Assembly: GCA_944390205.1 (NCBI GenBank)
Contig: CALXPF010000003.1
Coordinates: forward strand, 1 to 41,293
Direction: 5' to 3'
Origin: an uncultured Alphaproteobacteria bacterium
GTDB lineage: Bacteria > Pseudomonadota > Alphaproteobacteria > CAAHEQ01 > UBA3637
DNA length: 41,293 nt
This document shows positions 28,741 to 39,686 of the stretch, piece by piece. The position numbers were made by a program, and so were the translations under genes. The first letter of the stretch is position 1. Each line of letters opens with the position of its first letter. The notes below the pieces were generated by a model that made no database searches, had not been told where the DNA came from, and saw only the letters and a list, made by a program, of their open reading frames with translations.

Positions 28741-28957
28741 CGGGGACACCGCTCTTTTTATCTCAGACACTCTTTCTTGTCACTCATAAAGCGGGGTGAC
28801 GATCGGTAGTGAGATTAGGCTCCTGCCTGTTGGGGGTCTTTCGAGAGCGCTCTTTCCAAACAGCCTAACGGGGACACCGCTCTTTTTATCTCAGACACTC
28901 TTTCTTGTCACTCATAAAGCGGGGTGGCGATCGGTAGCGAGATTAGTCTCCTGCCTG
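28707..28957. repeat. Tandem duplication, 128-bp period, 2 copies
   Basis: 28707-28829 versus 28835-28957, 3 substitutions in 123 nt. Confidence 0.95.
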
Positions 28958-29006
28958 ATGGTTGCAACAAGTTTTGAAAGAATAATCAGGGCACACATGA
29001 AAGAGG

Positions 29007-29375
29007 CTAATTAAAAACCCCGTACAAAATAACGCCCCAACTTAACATCATGTTAACAAAAGACAAAAGGACCAATAAACTTCCGATATCTTTTGCTTTT
29101 TTAGACAAATCATGATACTCGGGTGAGATACGATCCACAAGAGTTTCAATGGCCGTATTGACCAATTCCATGATCAAGACAAAAAGAAGTGAAAAAAACA
29201 AAACGACCCACTCCAATCCGCTTACCGGCAAGAAAAAAGAAATGCCCCCCAAAATCGTACAAACAAGCAGATCCTGTCGAAAAGCCTCTTCACTCTTAAA
29301 AGAGGCCGTAAATCCGCTCCATGAATAGGTAAAAGCTTTTAAAATCCGTTTCAATCCGGTCTCGGTTGCTTTCAT
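29007..29375 (-). CDS. dgkA: Diacylglycerol kinase
   Basis: TGLKRI..AF.YS..G, E.AFRQ, ELVNTAIETLVDRIS, LSKKAKDIGS. Confidence 0.93.
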   Translation of the reverse strand: MKATETGLKRILKAFTYSWSGFTASFKSEEAFRQDLLVCTILGGISFFLPVSGLEWVVLFFSLLFVLIMELVNTAIETLVDRISPEYHDLSKKAKDIGSLLVLLSFVNMMLSWGVILYGVFN

Positions 29376-29496
29376 GGGTTCTCTCCTTCATAATATGAGG
29401 GGAAATTTAATCTACTTTTTCATAAAAATCAATAAATTTATAGAAAATCAGCCCCCTCTTCCGAATTTTCAGATCACAAAAAAACAAAAATTTCCT

Positions 29497-29525
29497 CTTG
29501 AAAAACGAGACATACTTTCCTATGT
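29497..29525 (+). promoter_or_regulatory. RpoH (sigma32)-type heat-shock promoter of clpB
   Basis: CTTGAA-N16-CCTATGT, close to the alphaproteobacterial RpoH consensus CTTGAA-N15/16-CCTATAT. Confidence 0.7.
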
Positions 29526-29550
29526 AATATAAAAAGAAAGGGGTTTTTAA

Positions 29551-32052
29551 ATGAACAGTGAAAAATTAACAGACAGAAGTCAAGGATTTATCCAATCAGC
29601 CCAATCATTGGCTGTTCGAAACTCAAACCAGTTTTTAACGCCGGAACATTTATTGAAAGTTCTGTTGGATGATAAGGAGGGATTGGCCGCCACGCTTTTA
29701 ATGAAAGCGGGAGCCAATGTATCGGAAATTCGATCGAAAGTGGAAGAAGAAGTCAGAAACCTTCCGCAAGTTCAAGGGGCCGGTGTTCAAATATCCGCCT
29801 CTCAAAGTTTTTTAAAAGTATTGGATTTGGCAGAACAAATGGCTGACAAAGCCAAAGATTCCTATGTGACGGTAGAACGGCTTTTACAGGCCTTGATTGC
29901 CACAAAATCTTATGGGGTTGATTCTAAAAAGCTCAATGAAGTGATCAATGACATGAGACAGGGCAGAACGGCTCAATCGCCACAAGCGGAAGATTCTTTT
30001 GAGGCGCTCAAAAAATATGCGACCGACTTTACCGAACGAGCCCGTCAGGGAAAACTGGATCCGGTCATCGGACGAGACGAAGAGATCAGACACACCATTC
30101 AGGTTTTGTCTCGTCGGACCAAAAACAATCCCATTTTGATCGGTGAACCGGGAGTCGGAAAAACCGCCATCGTGGAGGGATTGGCTCTGCGGATCGTCAA
30201 CGGGGATGTTCCCGAAAGTTTAAATCATAAAAGGCTCATGGCTTTGGATATGGGCGCCTTAATTGCCGGAGCCAAATATCGAGGCGAGTTTGAAGAGCGA
30301 TTAAAAGCCGTTTTGCAAGAAGTCAGTGCCTCCAACGGTCAAATTATTCTTTTCATTGATGAAATGCACACAGTTGTCGGTGCCGGTGCGACAAGCGGTT
30401 CCATGGATGCGTCCAATCTGTTAAAGCCGGCGTTGGCTCGAGGAGAATTACACTGTATCGGAGCCACCACCCTCAAAGAGTACCAAAAATATATTGAAAA
30501 AGATCAGGCTTTCGCCCGTCGTTTTCAACCGGTCTACGTCAATGAGCCTCAAGTTGAAGAGACAATTTCCATTTTGAGAGGGATTAAAGAAAAATATGAA
30601 CTTCATCACGGAGTACGAATTTCGGACGCTTCTTTAGTCGCTGCCGCCGTCATGTCAAACCGATACATCACCGACCGTTTTTTGCCGGATAAAGCCATTG
30701 ATTTAATTGACGAGGCTGCCAGTAAACTCCGAATGGCGATTGATTCAAAACCGGAACATTTGGATGAGATTGATCGCCGTCTCATTCAATTAAAAATTGA
30801 ACGTGAGGCCCTTAAAAAAGAGCCGGATCAAGCCTCAAAAGAACGGCTTTCAAAAATTGAAGAAGAAATCAAAACATTAGAGAAACAATCGTTGGATGAA
30901 ACACAAAACTGGAATGCACATAAAAACAGCATTCAGGAAGCCAATCGCTTGAGAGAACAACTGGATAAAGCCAGAAGCGATGTTGAAAAAGCGCTTAGAG
31001 ACGGTCTTTATGAAAAAGCCGGAGAACTTCAATATAAAGAAATTCCGGAGTTGGAAAAGAAATTGGCAGAATTAAATAAACAAAATCAAGAGCGAACAAC
31101 GGTTGAGACCGTCACACCGGATCTCATCGCCGGCGTTATCTCGAAATGGACAGGGATTCCCGTTGATAAACTCATGGGAAGCGAGCGAGAAAAACTTTTG
31201 TCCATGGAAACTAAAATTGCAGAGCGTGTGGTAGGACAAGAAGAGGCCATTAAAGCCGTTTCCAATGCCGTTCGGCGATCTCGTTCCGGATTAAAAGACC
31301 CCAACAGGCCGATCGGTTCCTTCTTATTTTTGGGGCCGACCGGTGTCGGAAAAACCGAATTGGCGAAAGCACTGGCCGAATTTTTATTTGATGAAGAATC
31401 AGCCTATCTGCGGATTGATATGTCCGAGTACATGGAGAAACATGCGGTTGCTCGTTTAATCGGCGCCCCTCCGGGATATGTCGGTTATGACGAAGGAGGT
31501 GTTTTGACGGAAGCCGTCAGAAGAAGACCCTATCAAGTCATTTTGTTTGATGAAGTTGAAAAAGCGCATCCGGATGTTTTCAATATTTTATTGCAGGTCT
31601 TGGATGACGGACGATTGACGGACGGACAAGGAAGAACGGTTGATTTTAAAAATACCTTCTTAATTATGACATCAAATTTGGGAACGGATCAAAAAACAAA
31701 AGACATTCGAGAAATTCTCAAATCGTTCTTCCGACCCGAGTTCATCAATCGCTTGGACGAGATTATCGTTTTCAATCCGCTCAAGAAAGAGAATATTCGT
31801 CAAATCGTTGATATTCAATTAAAACGTCTTCAAGATCGTTTAAAAGAACGCCATATTACATTAAAATTGGACGACAAGGCGAAAGATTGGTTAGCTGACA
31901 ACGGATATGATGAAGCATTCGGAGCAAGACCGCTTAAACGCTTAATCCAGCAAGAAATTGAAAATCCTTTGGCCATCAAATTACTGGATGGAGAGATTAA
32001 AGACAATTCAACGGTTTTAATTTCGGCGGATAAAAATAAATTAATTTTCTAA
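29551..32052 (+). CDS. clpB: ATP-dependent disaggregase ClpB
   Basis: Two AAA+ modules ([16 protein letters not shown]), coiled-coil M domain, [17 protein letters not shown]. Confidence 0.96.
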   Translation: MNSEKLTDRSQGFIQSAQSLAVRNSNQFLTPEHLLKVLLDDKEGLAATLLMKAGANVSEIRSKVEEEVRNLPQVQGAGVQISASQSFLKVLDLAEQMADKAKDSYVTVERLLQALIATKSYGVDSKKLNEVINDMRQGRTAQSPQAEDSFEALKKYATDFTERARQGKLDPVIGRDEEIRHTIQVLSRRTKNNPILIGEPGVGKTAIVEGLALRIVNGDVPESLNHKRLMALDMGALIAGAKYRGEFEERLKAVLQEVSASNGQIILFIDEMHTVVGAGATSGSMDASNLLKPALARGELHCIGATTLKEYQKYIEKDQAFARRFQPVYVNEPQVEETISILRGIKEKYELHHGVRISDASLVAAAVMSNRYITDRFLPDKAIDLIDEAASKLRMAIDSKPEHLDEIDRRLIQLKIEREALKKEPDQASKERLSKIEEEIKTLEKQSLDETQNWNAHKNSIQEANRLREQLDKARSDVEKALRDGLYEKAGELQYKEIPELEKKLAELNKQNQERTTVETVTPDLIAGVISKWTGIPVDKLMGSEREKLLSMETKIAERVVGQEEAIKAVSNAVRRSRSGLKDPNRPIGSFLFLGPTGVGKTELAKALAEFLFDEESAYLRIDMSEYMEKHAVARLIGAPPGYVGYDEGGVLTEAVRRRPYQVILFDEVEKAHPDVFNILLQVLDDGRLTDGQGRTVDFKNTFLIMTSNLGTDQKTKDIREILKSFFRPEFINRLDEIIVFNPLKKENIRQIVDIQLKRLQDRLKERHITLKLDDKAKDWLADNGYDEAFGARPLKRLIQQEIENPLAIKLLDGEIKDNSTVLISADKNKLIF

Positions 32053-32079
32053 AAAAAGCTCCTGAAAAGGAGCTTTTTT
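32052..32079. terminator. Bidirectional terminator between convergent clpB and OMF genes
   Basis: AAAAAAGCTCCT-GAAA-AGGAGCTTTTTT. Confidence 0.88.
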
Positions 32080-32099
32080 ACAATCCGCTTATGCGATTT

Positions 32100-33605
32100 T
32101 TAATGCGGAATTGTCTTCGAATCTGCCGATATCACGGGTGAATCGGTTGTGGGCGAGACTTCTTTTGATTCCATGTCTCCCCCGATGGCCTTATAAAAAC
32201 GAATCAGATTTTGATAAAGGAGTGCATTGGATTCGGTCAATGATGTTTGAGCCGTCAAACGGCGTTGTTCGGCGTTTAAAACTTCCGAATAGTCAATCAG
32301 TCCGTTTTGATATTTATTTCTGGTTCCGGCGGCGGCATCGGAAATACGGCGATAAGCCTGAGCAAGCGATTGATTTCTCTTTTTTTCCTTTTCCAAAGAG
32401 ACCATGGCGTTTTTAATCTCGGCAGCGGCGGTCAACAGCGTTTGTTCGTATGCAATCACTTGCTCTTCTTTTAAAAGCTTTTGCAAATCAACACGAGCCA
32501 TCAGTTCACCGAAATGGAAAATCGGAACGGTTATCTCCGGCGTATACCCGTATGTATAACTTTTATGATTAAACAACTGTGGAAATTGTATTGATTCAAA
32601 GCCCAATAATCCCGATAAACTGATTTTGGGAAACAAGTCGGCCACGGCACTTCCGACAAGGGCGTTTTGGGCGATTAAATTTTCTTCCGCGACTCGAACA
32701 TCCGGTCTGTTTTTCAAAACATCCATCGGCAATCCGTATAATTGATCCAACGGATAAGAAAATCTCCGTTGCAGACAATTTCTTTTTTGACGTGCTAATT
32801 GTTCGTTTAATTCCCCCGGTAATTTACCGAGTAAAAGCGCTAAGGCATTTTGAGAAGCAATCAACTCTTGCTCCAATTGAGGAATAGAAGCCTTTGTTGT
32901 CTCAACCAAATAAGCTGATTGGTCAAGGGTCATTTGATCTGTCAATCCCGTTTGATACTTATCTTTTGTTAACTGATACAAATTTTCCTGCACGTTTAGA
33001 TTTTGTCGAGCTTGTCTGATCAATTCTTCATTTTTTCGAATATCAATATATGTCTGAGCAACCTCGGCGATCAAAGAGACCGAAACATTTTTTAAAGATT
33101 CGATATCGGCACGCTCTTGAGCCTGTGCTGCTTCAATTTGACGGCGTGTTCCTCCGAATATGTCTATTTCCCAGCTCATATCCAGCCCCGCTTGATAGTA
33201 ATCTTCCCGAACAATTCGATCAAAATTCATATGACGACTTTCATTGGAATAATTATACTCAAAGGCAGAATCAAAAGAGGGGAATAAATAACTTTTCTGA
33301 ATACGCAGTGTTTCTCTGCTTTGCCTTAAGCGAATTAAAGATGTTCTGATCGTCGGGCTCTTTCTTAAAGCTTCTTGAATCAAGCTTTTGAGCGTTTCAT
33401 CTTGAAAATCCAAAAGACTTTGTGGTTTTAAAAGAGGTTGTTTCGGTTGAAGAGACAAAGCTCTTTCAATTCGATTATCTTCAAAAAAGACAGGCTGTTC
33501 ATAATCGGGTCCCAAAAGACATCCGGATACAAGTAAAAAGAAAGCCGTACTCAAAAAAAGCTTTTCGATATCACGGATCGGTGTCTTTTTTTGAAACCGC
33601 TTCAT
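32100..33605 (-). CDS. Efflux outer-membrane factor lipoprotein (NodT/OprM family)
   Basis: lipobox VSGC-LLGPDY, SWEIDIFGG.RR, RPDVRVAE, FYKAIGG. Confidence 0.93.
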   Translation of the reverse strand: MKRFQKKTPIRDIEKLFLSTAFFLLVSGCLLGPDYEQPVFFEDNRIERALSLQPKQPLLKPQSLLDFQDETLKSLIQEALRKSPTIRTSLIRLRQSRETLRIQKSYLFPSFDSAFEYNYSNESRHMNFDRIVREDYYQAGLDMSWEIDIFGGTRRQIEAAQAQERADIESLKNVSVSLIAEVAQTYIDIRKNEELIRQARQNLNVQENLYQLTKDKYQTGLTDQMTLDQSAYLVETTKASIPQLEQELIASQNALALLLGKLPGELNEQLARQKRNCLQRRFSYPLDQLYGLPMDVLKNRPDVRVAEENLIAQNALVGSAVADLFPKISLSGLLGFESIQFPQLFNHKSYTYGYTPEITVPIFHFGELMARVDLQKLLKEEQVIAYEQTLLTAAAEIKNAMVSLEKEKKRNQSLAQAYRRISDAAAGTRNKYQNGLIDYSEVLNAEQRRLTAQTSLTESNALLYQNLIRFYKAIGGDMESKEVSPTTDSPVISADSKTIPH

Positions 33606-33907
33606 TTTTCAATCCTTTCCGCCTCATTTTTAATCGGTGTCAAATCATTATCGAGTACCTGTTTGGCCATATCCAAAACGGTTGTACCCTCTTGTTGAGC
33701 CTCTTGAATGGTTTGTGCCTCTTGCATTTGCGTCTGATTCATCCGAGAAGATGAAAAATCAGGTTCCTCCATTTCCTCTTGAGCCTGAGCCCCCGTTTTT
33801 TCCAGATCCGTTTCCAACAAATCAATGATTTTTTGCGTCCATGGAAGTTGAAACAATAAAATCAAAATAAGGATGATACAAATAATTAAACCCCATACTT
33901 TCGTCAT
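33602..33907 (-). CDS. Hypothetical small membrane-anchored protein inside the RND operon
   Basis: N-terminal hydrophobic helix, acidic Gln/Glu-rich tail; 4-nt ATGA overlaps with both neighbours. Confidence 0.72.
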   Translation of the reverse strand: MTKVWGLIICIILILILLFQLPWTQKIIDLLETDLEKTGAQAQEEMEEPDFSSSRMNQTQMQEAQTIQEAQQEGTTVLDMAKQVLDNDLTPIKNEAERIEK

Positions 33908-36900
33908 TTTTTTCTCCTCTGTTTTTCCCCCGAGTTATCTTTTTTAATTTGTCTTTTCCCGTTTTCCAAAATCGTTTGAGGATGCCGTAAAGCGTATTTA
34001 TCCGCCCCTATTGCCAACAAAACAAATAAAGCCGGAATAAACAAAATACCAACCGTGACGGCCAGAATCATTCCGAAAAAGACGGCCGTTCCCATGGAAA
34101 TTTGACTGCCTGCTCCCGCTCCGGTTGCGAAAACCATGGGCATCACGCCCAAAATAAATGTTAAAGCCGTCATTAAAACGGCCCGAAACCGCTCTGAAGC
34201 TCCTTTTACCGCAGCCTCTAAAAGAGGCATTCCCGCCCGATGATAGGTTAAAATAAACTGAACAATTAAAATGGCATTTTTACTGGCCAATCCGATCAAT
34301 AAAACAATTCCGAGTTGTGCATAAATGCTTAACGGCAACCCCATTAAAGAAAGGCCGATCAAGGCTCCCAAAATAGCAAATACATTTGAAATAATAACCG
34401 AAACGGCAATAAGCCAACTTTCATAAAGAGCCACCAAAAACAAATATCCGAAAACAAACGCAAAAGCGATCAAAATAAATGCCAAGCCTCTCGTTTCCAC
34501 CTCTTGTAAACTTAATCCCGTCCATGCAATTTGAAATTGCCGTCCCAATGAAGAGGCCATATTCCGAACAACATCAATGGCAGTTCCGGTACTCACACCC
34601 GATCCGGCCGCCGCCGTAACGGAAGCTGTTTGATATTGGTTAAATCGATCAATAATTTTAGGAGCCATAACGATTTTAAACGAAAGAAGTTCTTTGAGTT
34701 GAACAAATCCCCCCGTATCAGTCGGAACATGTAAGTTTTCAATATTTTCAAAACTCTTTCGATAATCATAATCCGCCTGAACAATCACCTTATTAATCTG
34801 ACCGCCGGATGTTATATTATTAACATACCGTGAACCCAAATTATTTTGTAAAACAGTGAATAAAGAAGAAATGGAAACACCCAACATTTTTGCTTTTGTT
34901 CGATCTATCTCCAAATAAGCATGGGGGGTATCCGCCGAAAACGTACTGAAAGCAAATGAAAAGGAGGGATTTTTATTTAATTGTGTCAACAACGTATCTA
35001 GGGCATTCGAAAGCTCTTGAGTTGTCGTATTTGAATTGATTGCATTTAATTGAAACGATAATCCGTCACTGTTACCAACCCCCGGAATGGCCGGTAATGC
35101 AAAAAAATCGATTGAGACAAAAGAAGAGCTTTTATTGTCCCGTCTTGCTTGGTCCATTAAACTTTCCAGTGACAAAGCAGGAGCCGTTCGATCGCTCCAA
35201 GGATCCAGCCCGATAACGGCCATACCGATATTTTCACCGCCACTGCCCAAAAGACTGGCTCCGGAAATGCCGATAAAATAGCGAACCCCTTTCATTTTTA
35301 ATATTTTTTCGGACAGTTTATTTAATTCAATCTCTGTTTGATTGATGGAAGCCGTTTCCGGAAGTTGGATATTGGCAAAGAAAACGCCCTGATCTTCTTC
35401 CGGTAAAAAAGAAGTCGGCGTTTTAACAAACAAGAAAACAATAAAAGATACCGCAATACAAAACAGAAAAAACATCATCCATAAATGCGTTATCAATAAA
35501 CGGACGATTTTTAAATAGATATTTTGACATGATTCCAACAAGCGGTTAAACGGATCAAAAACTTTTTGCAGTAAATACCCTCCCCAAAATTTTCTTTCGT
35601 CTGGAAGAGAACTCTCTTTTTTTGTCAGCTTGTTCAATTGATGCGCGGGATGGCTGAAAAAAATAGCACATAGAGCCGGACTGAGCGTCAAGGCGTTGAT
35701 TGCCGATAAAACAACGGCGGTAGCAATTGTCACGGCAAACTGTTGATAAATTTTTCCGGTCATACCCGCCATCAATCCGACCGGAATAAAAATAGATAAC
35801 AAAACAAGTGTTGTCGCCACAATAGAAGAGCCGATATCTTTCATTGCCTGAACGGCGGCCGAAAGACTATCCAATTTTTTAAATTTCATTAAATACTGGA
35901 CACGCTCTACAACAATAATCGCATCATCCACCACCAATCCGATTGCCAAAATAAGAGCGAACAAGGTTAACAGATTGATATCAAAGCCCAAAACATATAA
36001 AACGGCAAAAGTCGTTATCAAAGAAACCGGAATGGTAATCGCCGGAATAAAAGTCGCTTTGCCGTTTTGCAAAAAAAGAAAAACAACCAAAACAACCAAA
36101 AGGAATGTCGTTGCCAACGTTGTCAATACATTTTGAATTGAAGCACTCACGAAAGAGGTTGCGTCATAAACCAGTTCCAATCGCATATCTTGCGGAAATG
36201 ATTTTTGAAGTCTTGCAATCTCCTTTTTGAGATTTTTCATGGTTGCCAAAGAATTGGAACCGGGGGTTTGACTAAGAGCAATAATAACCGCCGGCTGATT
36301 ATTATAAGAGGCTTCAAGTTCATAACTGTCGGCACCGATTTCCACACGAGCCACATCTTTTAAACGGACAATTCCGCCATCTTTTGAAACAGATAGAATA
36401 ATATTCTCAAACAATTCTACCGTATTTAACTGTCCCGTTGTCGTTAAGGTCAAAACCAAATTACTACCGGCCGTGGCGGGAGCCGATCCGATGGATCCGA
36501 TAGCGGCCTGTATATTTTGACTTTGAATGGCTTCTACAACTTTGTCACTATCCAATCCGAGAGCCGTCAATTTTTGAGGATCCAACCAAACCCGCATACT
36601 GTTTTGTGGGCCGTAAATATTGACGTCACTGACCCCGCTGACGCGTTCCAATGGATTTTGAATATTACTGTAAGCAAAATTACTCAAATATAGATTGTCA
36701 TACGTTCCTTTCGGAGAATCGAACACAAGAAATCCCAAAATATTGGCTGACTGAGTTTTAACACTTAATCCCTCTTGATTGACAATTGAAGGCAACAAAG
36801 AGGTGACTTGTTGCAATCTGTTTTCAACTTTTACCTGAGCCATATCCGGATCGACACCGATATTAAACGTGATTGTCAACTGATATGATCCGTTATCATT

Positions 36901-37152
36901 GGCCGTCGAAGACATATAAAGCATTCCCTCCACCCCGTTAAGGGCGTTTTCAATAGGGACGGCAACCGTGTCCACAATAACGGAAGCGTTGGCTCCCGGA
37001 TAATTGGCCGACACAACAATTTGCGGAGGGGTAATTTGAGGGTACTGAGAAATCGGCAAAACAACAAGCGCAATTAACCCCAACAAAACCATCAAAACGG
37101 CAATAACACCTGAGAATCTGGGATTTTGAATAAAAAATGAAGATAATTGCAT
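33904..37152 (-). CDS. RND efflux transporter, HAE1 (second copy)
   Basis: [41 protein letters not shown]. Confidence 0.95.
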   Translation of the reverse strand: MQLSSFFIQNPRFSGVIAVLMVLLGLIALVVLPISQYPQITPPQIVVSANYPGANASVIVDTVAVPIENALNGVEGMLYMSSTANDNGSYQLTITFNIGVDPDMAQVKVENRLQQVTSLLPSIVNQEGLSVKTQSANILGFLVFDSPKGTYDNLYLSNFAYSNIQNPLERVSGVSDVNIYGPQNSMRVWLDPQKLTALGLDSDKVVEAIQSQNIQAAIGSIGSAPATAGSNLVLTLTTTGQLNTVELFENIILSVSKDGGIVRLKDVARVEIGADSYELEASYNNQPAVIIALSQTPGSNSLATMKNLKKEIARLQKSFPQDMRLELVYDATSFVSASIQNVLTTLATTFLLVVLVVFLFLQNGKATFIPAITIPVSLITTFAVLYVLGFDINLLTLFALILAIGLVVDDAIIVVERVQYLMKFKKLDSLSAAVQAMKDIGSSIVATTLVLLSIFIPVGLMAGMTGKIYQQFAVTIATAVVLSAINALTLSPALCAIFFSHPAHQLNKLTKKESSLPDERKFWGGYLLQKVFDPFNRLLESCQNIYLKIVRLLITHLWMMFFLFCIAVSFIVFLFVKTPTSFLPEEDQGVFFANIQLPETASINQTEIELNKLSEKILKMKGVRYFIGISGASLLGSGGENIGMAVIGLDPWSDRTAPALSLESLMDQARRDNKSSSFVSIDFFALPAIPGVGNSDGLSFQLNAINSNTTTQELSNALDTLLTQLNKNPSFSFAFSTFSADTPHAYLEIDRTKAKMLGVSISSLFTVLQNNLGSRYVNNITSGGQINKVIVQADYDYRKSFENIENLHVPTDTGGFVQLKELLSFKIVMAPKIIDRFNQYQTASVTAAAGSGVSTGTAIDVVRNMASSLGRQFQIAWTGLSLQEVETRGLAFILIAFAFVFGYLFLVALYESWLIAVSVIISNVFAILGALIGLSLMGLPLSIYAQLGIVLLIGLASKNAILIVQFILTYHRAGMPLLEAAVKGASERFRAVLMTALTFILGVMPMVFATGAGAGSQISMGTAVFFGMILAVTVGILFIPALFVLLAIGADKYALRHPQTILENGKRQIKKDNSGEKQRRKK

Positions 37153-37161
37153 TCCGTCTCC

Positions 37162-38292
37162 CTATAAAGCCGTCTGTATTTGACCTTGTGCCGGATGTCC
37201 GATCATCTGTTGAGAAACCGGCTCCGAAATAACCAAATCATCGTTTTCCAATCCGTTAGAAATGTAAAATTGATGACCTATACTTTGACTGACAACAACC
37301 TTTTGTTTAGCGATAATTCCGTTTTTAATGAGATAGACAAAAGTTCCGTCCGGCTCAAAGGAAACAAGGTTTTGATCAATTAAAACGCCTAAGGGTATTT
37401 TTTTCTCCAACACGACCGTCACATAAGCATTCGGCAGTAGTTGTCGGCGTGGATTTTTAAAATCGGCATATAAAATAACAGAAGACGTTTCGGACGAGAC
37501 TTGGTTGTTCATAAACAGATGTTCTCCCGAAAAAGGATAAACACTTCCGTCCCCCAAAATCAGTTTGACTTGAAAATCGTGCCATAAACTTCCCTTATTT
37601 TTTGCCATATTCTCTAAATAATCTTTATTCGGAACAGAAAACGAGACGCGTATCGGGTTATATTGAACAAGATCGACCAACGGGCTTCCCTCGGGTGAAA
37701 CATAATCTCCTTTTGTGACGGACACATTGCCGATCACACCGCCAATAGGTGATTTGATAACCGTGTAATCATAGTTTACGGAAGCCGATTTTAAACCGGC
37801 CTCCGCCGATTTAAAAGCAGCCATCGCCGATAAATATTGTGTCCGTGCATTATCTAATTCCGTTTTTGAAATGGCGCTTGATTTTGTTTTTTTGATCCGA
37901 TCCAGATATGTCTGCGCATTTTTTAAATCCGCTTTTGCTTTCATCACATTAGCCAAAGCCGTTTCTCGAGCGGCCTTGTAGGAGGCTTGCTGAAGAATAA
38001 ACAATTGGTCTCCCGCTTTAACTTTTTCTCCCCCCTTAACAAAAACTCGATCTATAAAACCGCTGATAAACGGTCGAATTTGAACCGAATGAATGGGAAT
38101 AACCGTTCCGATATATTCCTTTTGGAATAAAATCGGTTGAAGTCGAATCTTTTGAACGGGGACAGTCAACACGGTTGGAATTGTTTGGGGAACTGTTTTT
38201 TGAGAAGAAGCGGAAAACTCGGCTCTCAACAAAAACACGATAACAAAACATAATGCGATAATAATCCCCAAGAAAATATAATCCCGACGCAT
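37162..38292 (-). CDS. RND efflux periplasmic adaptor (MFP)
   Basis: N-terminal TM, VQIRPFISGFI, YTVIKSPIGGVIG; ATG 38292 with GGGGGA RBS preferred over 38337. Confidence 0.9.
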   Translation of the reverse strand: MRRDYIFLGIIIALCFVIVFLLRAEFSASSQKTVPQTIPTVLTVPVQKIRLQPILFQKEYIGTVIPIHSVQIRPFISGFIDRVFVKGGEKVKAGDQLFILQQASYKAARETALANVMKAKADLKNAQTYLDRIKKTKSSAISKTELDNARTQYLSAMAAFKSAEAGLKSASVNYDYTVIKSPIGGVIGNVSVTKGDYVSPEGSPLVDLVQYNPIRVSFSVPNKDYLENMAKNKGSLWHDFQVKLILGDGSVYPFSGEHLFMNNQVSSETSSVILYADFKNPRRQLLPNAYVTVVLEKKIPLGVLIDQNLVSFEPDGTFVYLIKNGIIAKQKVVVSQSIGHQFYISNGLENDDLVISEPVSQQMIGHPAQGQIQTAL

Positions 38293-38493
38293 TGTCTTCC
38301 CCCTATCCCTTTTAAGGGAAATTGGGTCGATTTTCATAAAATGTCAATTAAATTTCCCCTTTTTTAACGAAAGTCTGTCTTCTGATAACAAAAAACGGAT
38401 CGACAACACTTTTGTTTGAGCAATCGCTTTTTTCTTGATTTTTAAAAACATTTAATCCTATAATAACCTATCTTTAGAAAAAGGAGCCTGTTT

Positions 38494-39684
38494 ATGGATA
38501 ACGATACCTCAATACGTTTTGAAGAAGAAAATCTTTCCCGCCCCCAAAACGAGGGAGAGAAAAATACGTTCCGGCAAAAAAAGATGCTCAAATCTGTTCT
38601 GATCGGCATTTTAGCCATTCTTTGTATTATCGGTGGAATTTTTATCCATCGCTTCCATTCCAGTGCGGCGATTCAATATAACACCTTTTCGAAAACAATC
38701 AGAAAAGATCCTTTACAACCCATTCAAGTCAAGCCAAAATCAAACAAACCGGATCTTTTAACGAAAGCCCACGAGGTTTCCGCGCCGAAAGATTTCAAGA
38801 AAAAATCCGAAAAAGTACTGCCGGCTCTCGTCGTTACGCCAAAAGCATCGGAACCTTCTTCGATACATGCAGAAGAGACAAATAAAGAACCGATTGTCGC
38901 TTCCGAACAAGAAAAAGAAGCTCCCTCTTTTGTAGCGGAACAAAACCCAATATCCGATAAACAGCCGGTTGATAAAACTTCTTCCGAGCAAGGGACGGAA
39001 ACACAAAAGGCCTTAAATGATTTTCCGCTTTTAAATAACCCTCAATCTGTCGCGGATGAATCTTCTGTCGCCTCAAATGAGACGGAGAGTCAACAAAATC
39101 CGCTCAATCCGGATCTCTCCGATTCTACGCTTGAGACAATTCCACAGACAGAGGGTACTCAGACATCATCAGCTCCGACCATCAGTCTCAGAGACGTTCT
39201 GCTTTTAAGAGATCGCTTTTTGAACGGCGAGCCCTGTTTGGAAGAATATGAAAAAATAAATGCTTTAGAAAACAAAAATCAAAAAATACAAGATGTTTTA
39301 AATACTCTTGCCCCTTATTGCCTCAGTCATTTAAAAGCGGTGTCGGAGCTTGAAAAAACGTTCAGACAAGATAAGAAACAAGCCGTCATCACCTATTATC
39401 ACGTGACGGAGCCCCGTTTTATTGCTTATTTAAAGGCAATTCCGACTTACTTAATCGATATTCGGGAAATCAACCCCAAAGGGAACACGCCGATCGAAAC
39501 CTTGGATAAAATTCATAACGAGATTGAAAAACAAAATATTGAAAAGGCTCTGGCTCTGACAGATACGCTTCCCGATTACATGAAATCCGCGCTGTCTTCA
39601 TTCCATCGAGAAGCCCAAATTTATCTGAGAGCGAAAAAAAGCATTGAAAAACTTGTTTTATCCTTTGAGGCACAAGGAGAATAG
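38494..39684 (+). CDS. Mic60/mitofilin-like (COG4223) membrane protein
   Basis: N-terminal TM, long disordered linker, C-terminal LIDIR...G.TP..TL..I...I...NI..AL.....LP segment resembling the mitofilin domain; directly upstream of a HemY-like gene. Confidence 0.6.
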   Translation: MDNDTSIRFEEENLSRPQNEGEKNTFRQKKMLKSVLIGILAILCIIGGIFIHRFHSSAAIQYNTFSKTIRKDPLQPIQVKPKSNKPDLLTKAHEVSAPKDFKKKSEKVLPALVVTPKASEPSSIHAEETNKEPIVASEQEKEAPSFVAEQNPISDKQPVDKTSSEQGTETQKALNDFPLLNNPQSVADESSVASNETESQQNPLNPDLSDSTLETIPQTEGTQTSSAPTISLRDVLLLRDRFLNGEPCLEEYEKINALENKNQKIQDVLNTLAPYCLSHLKAVSELEKTFRQDKKQAVITYYHVTEPRFIAYLKAIPTYLIDIREINPKGNTPIETLDKIHNEIEKQNIEKALALTDTLPDYMKSALSSFHREAQIYLRAKKSIEKLVLSFEAQGE

Positions 39685-39686
39685 AA

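Noticed and set aside
28796-29014. 72-aa ORF downstream of the antiporter
   Set aside because: It lies almost wholly in the tandem duplication, with no RBS or recognisable protein features
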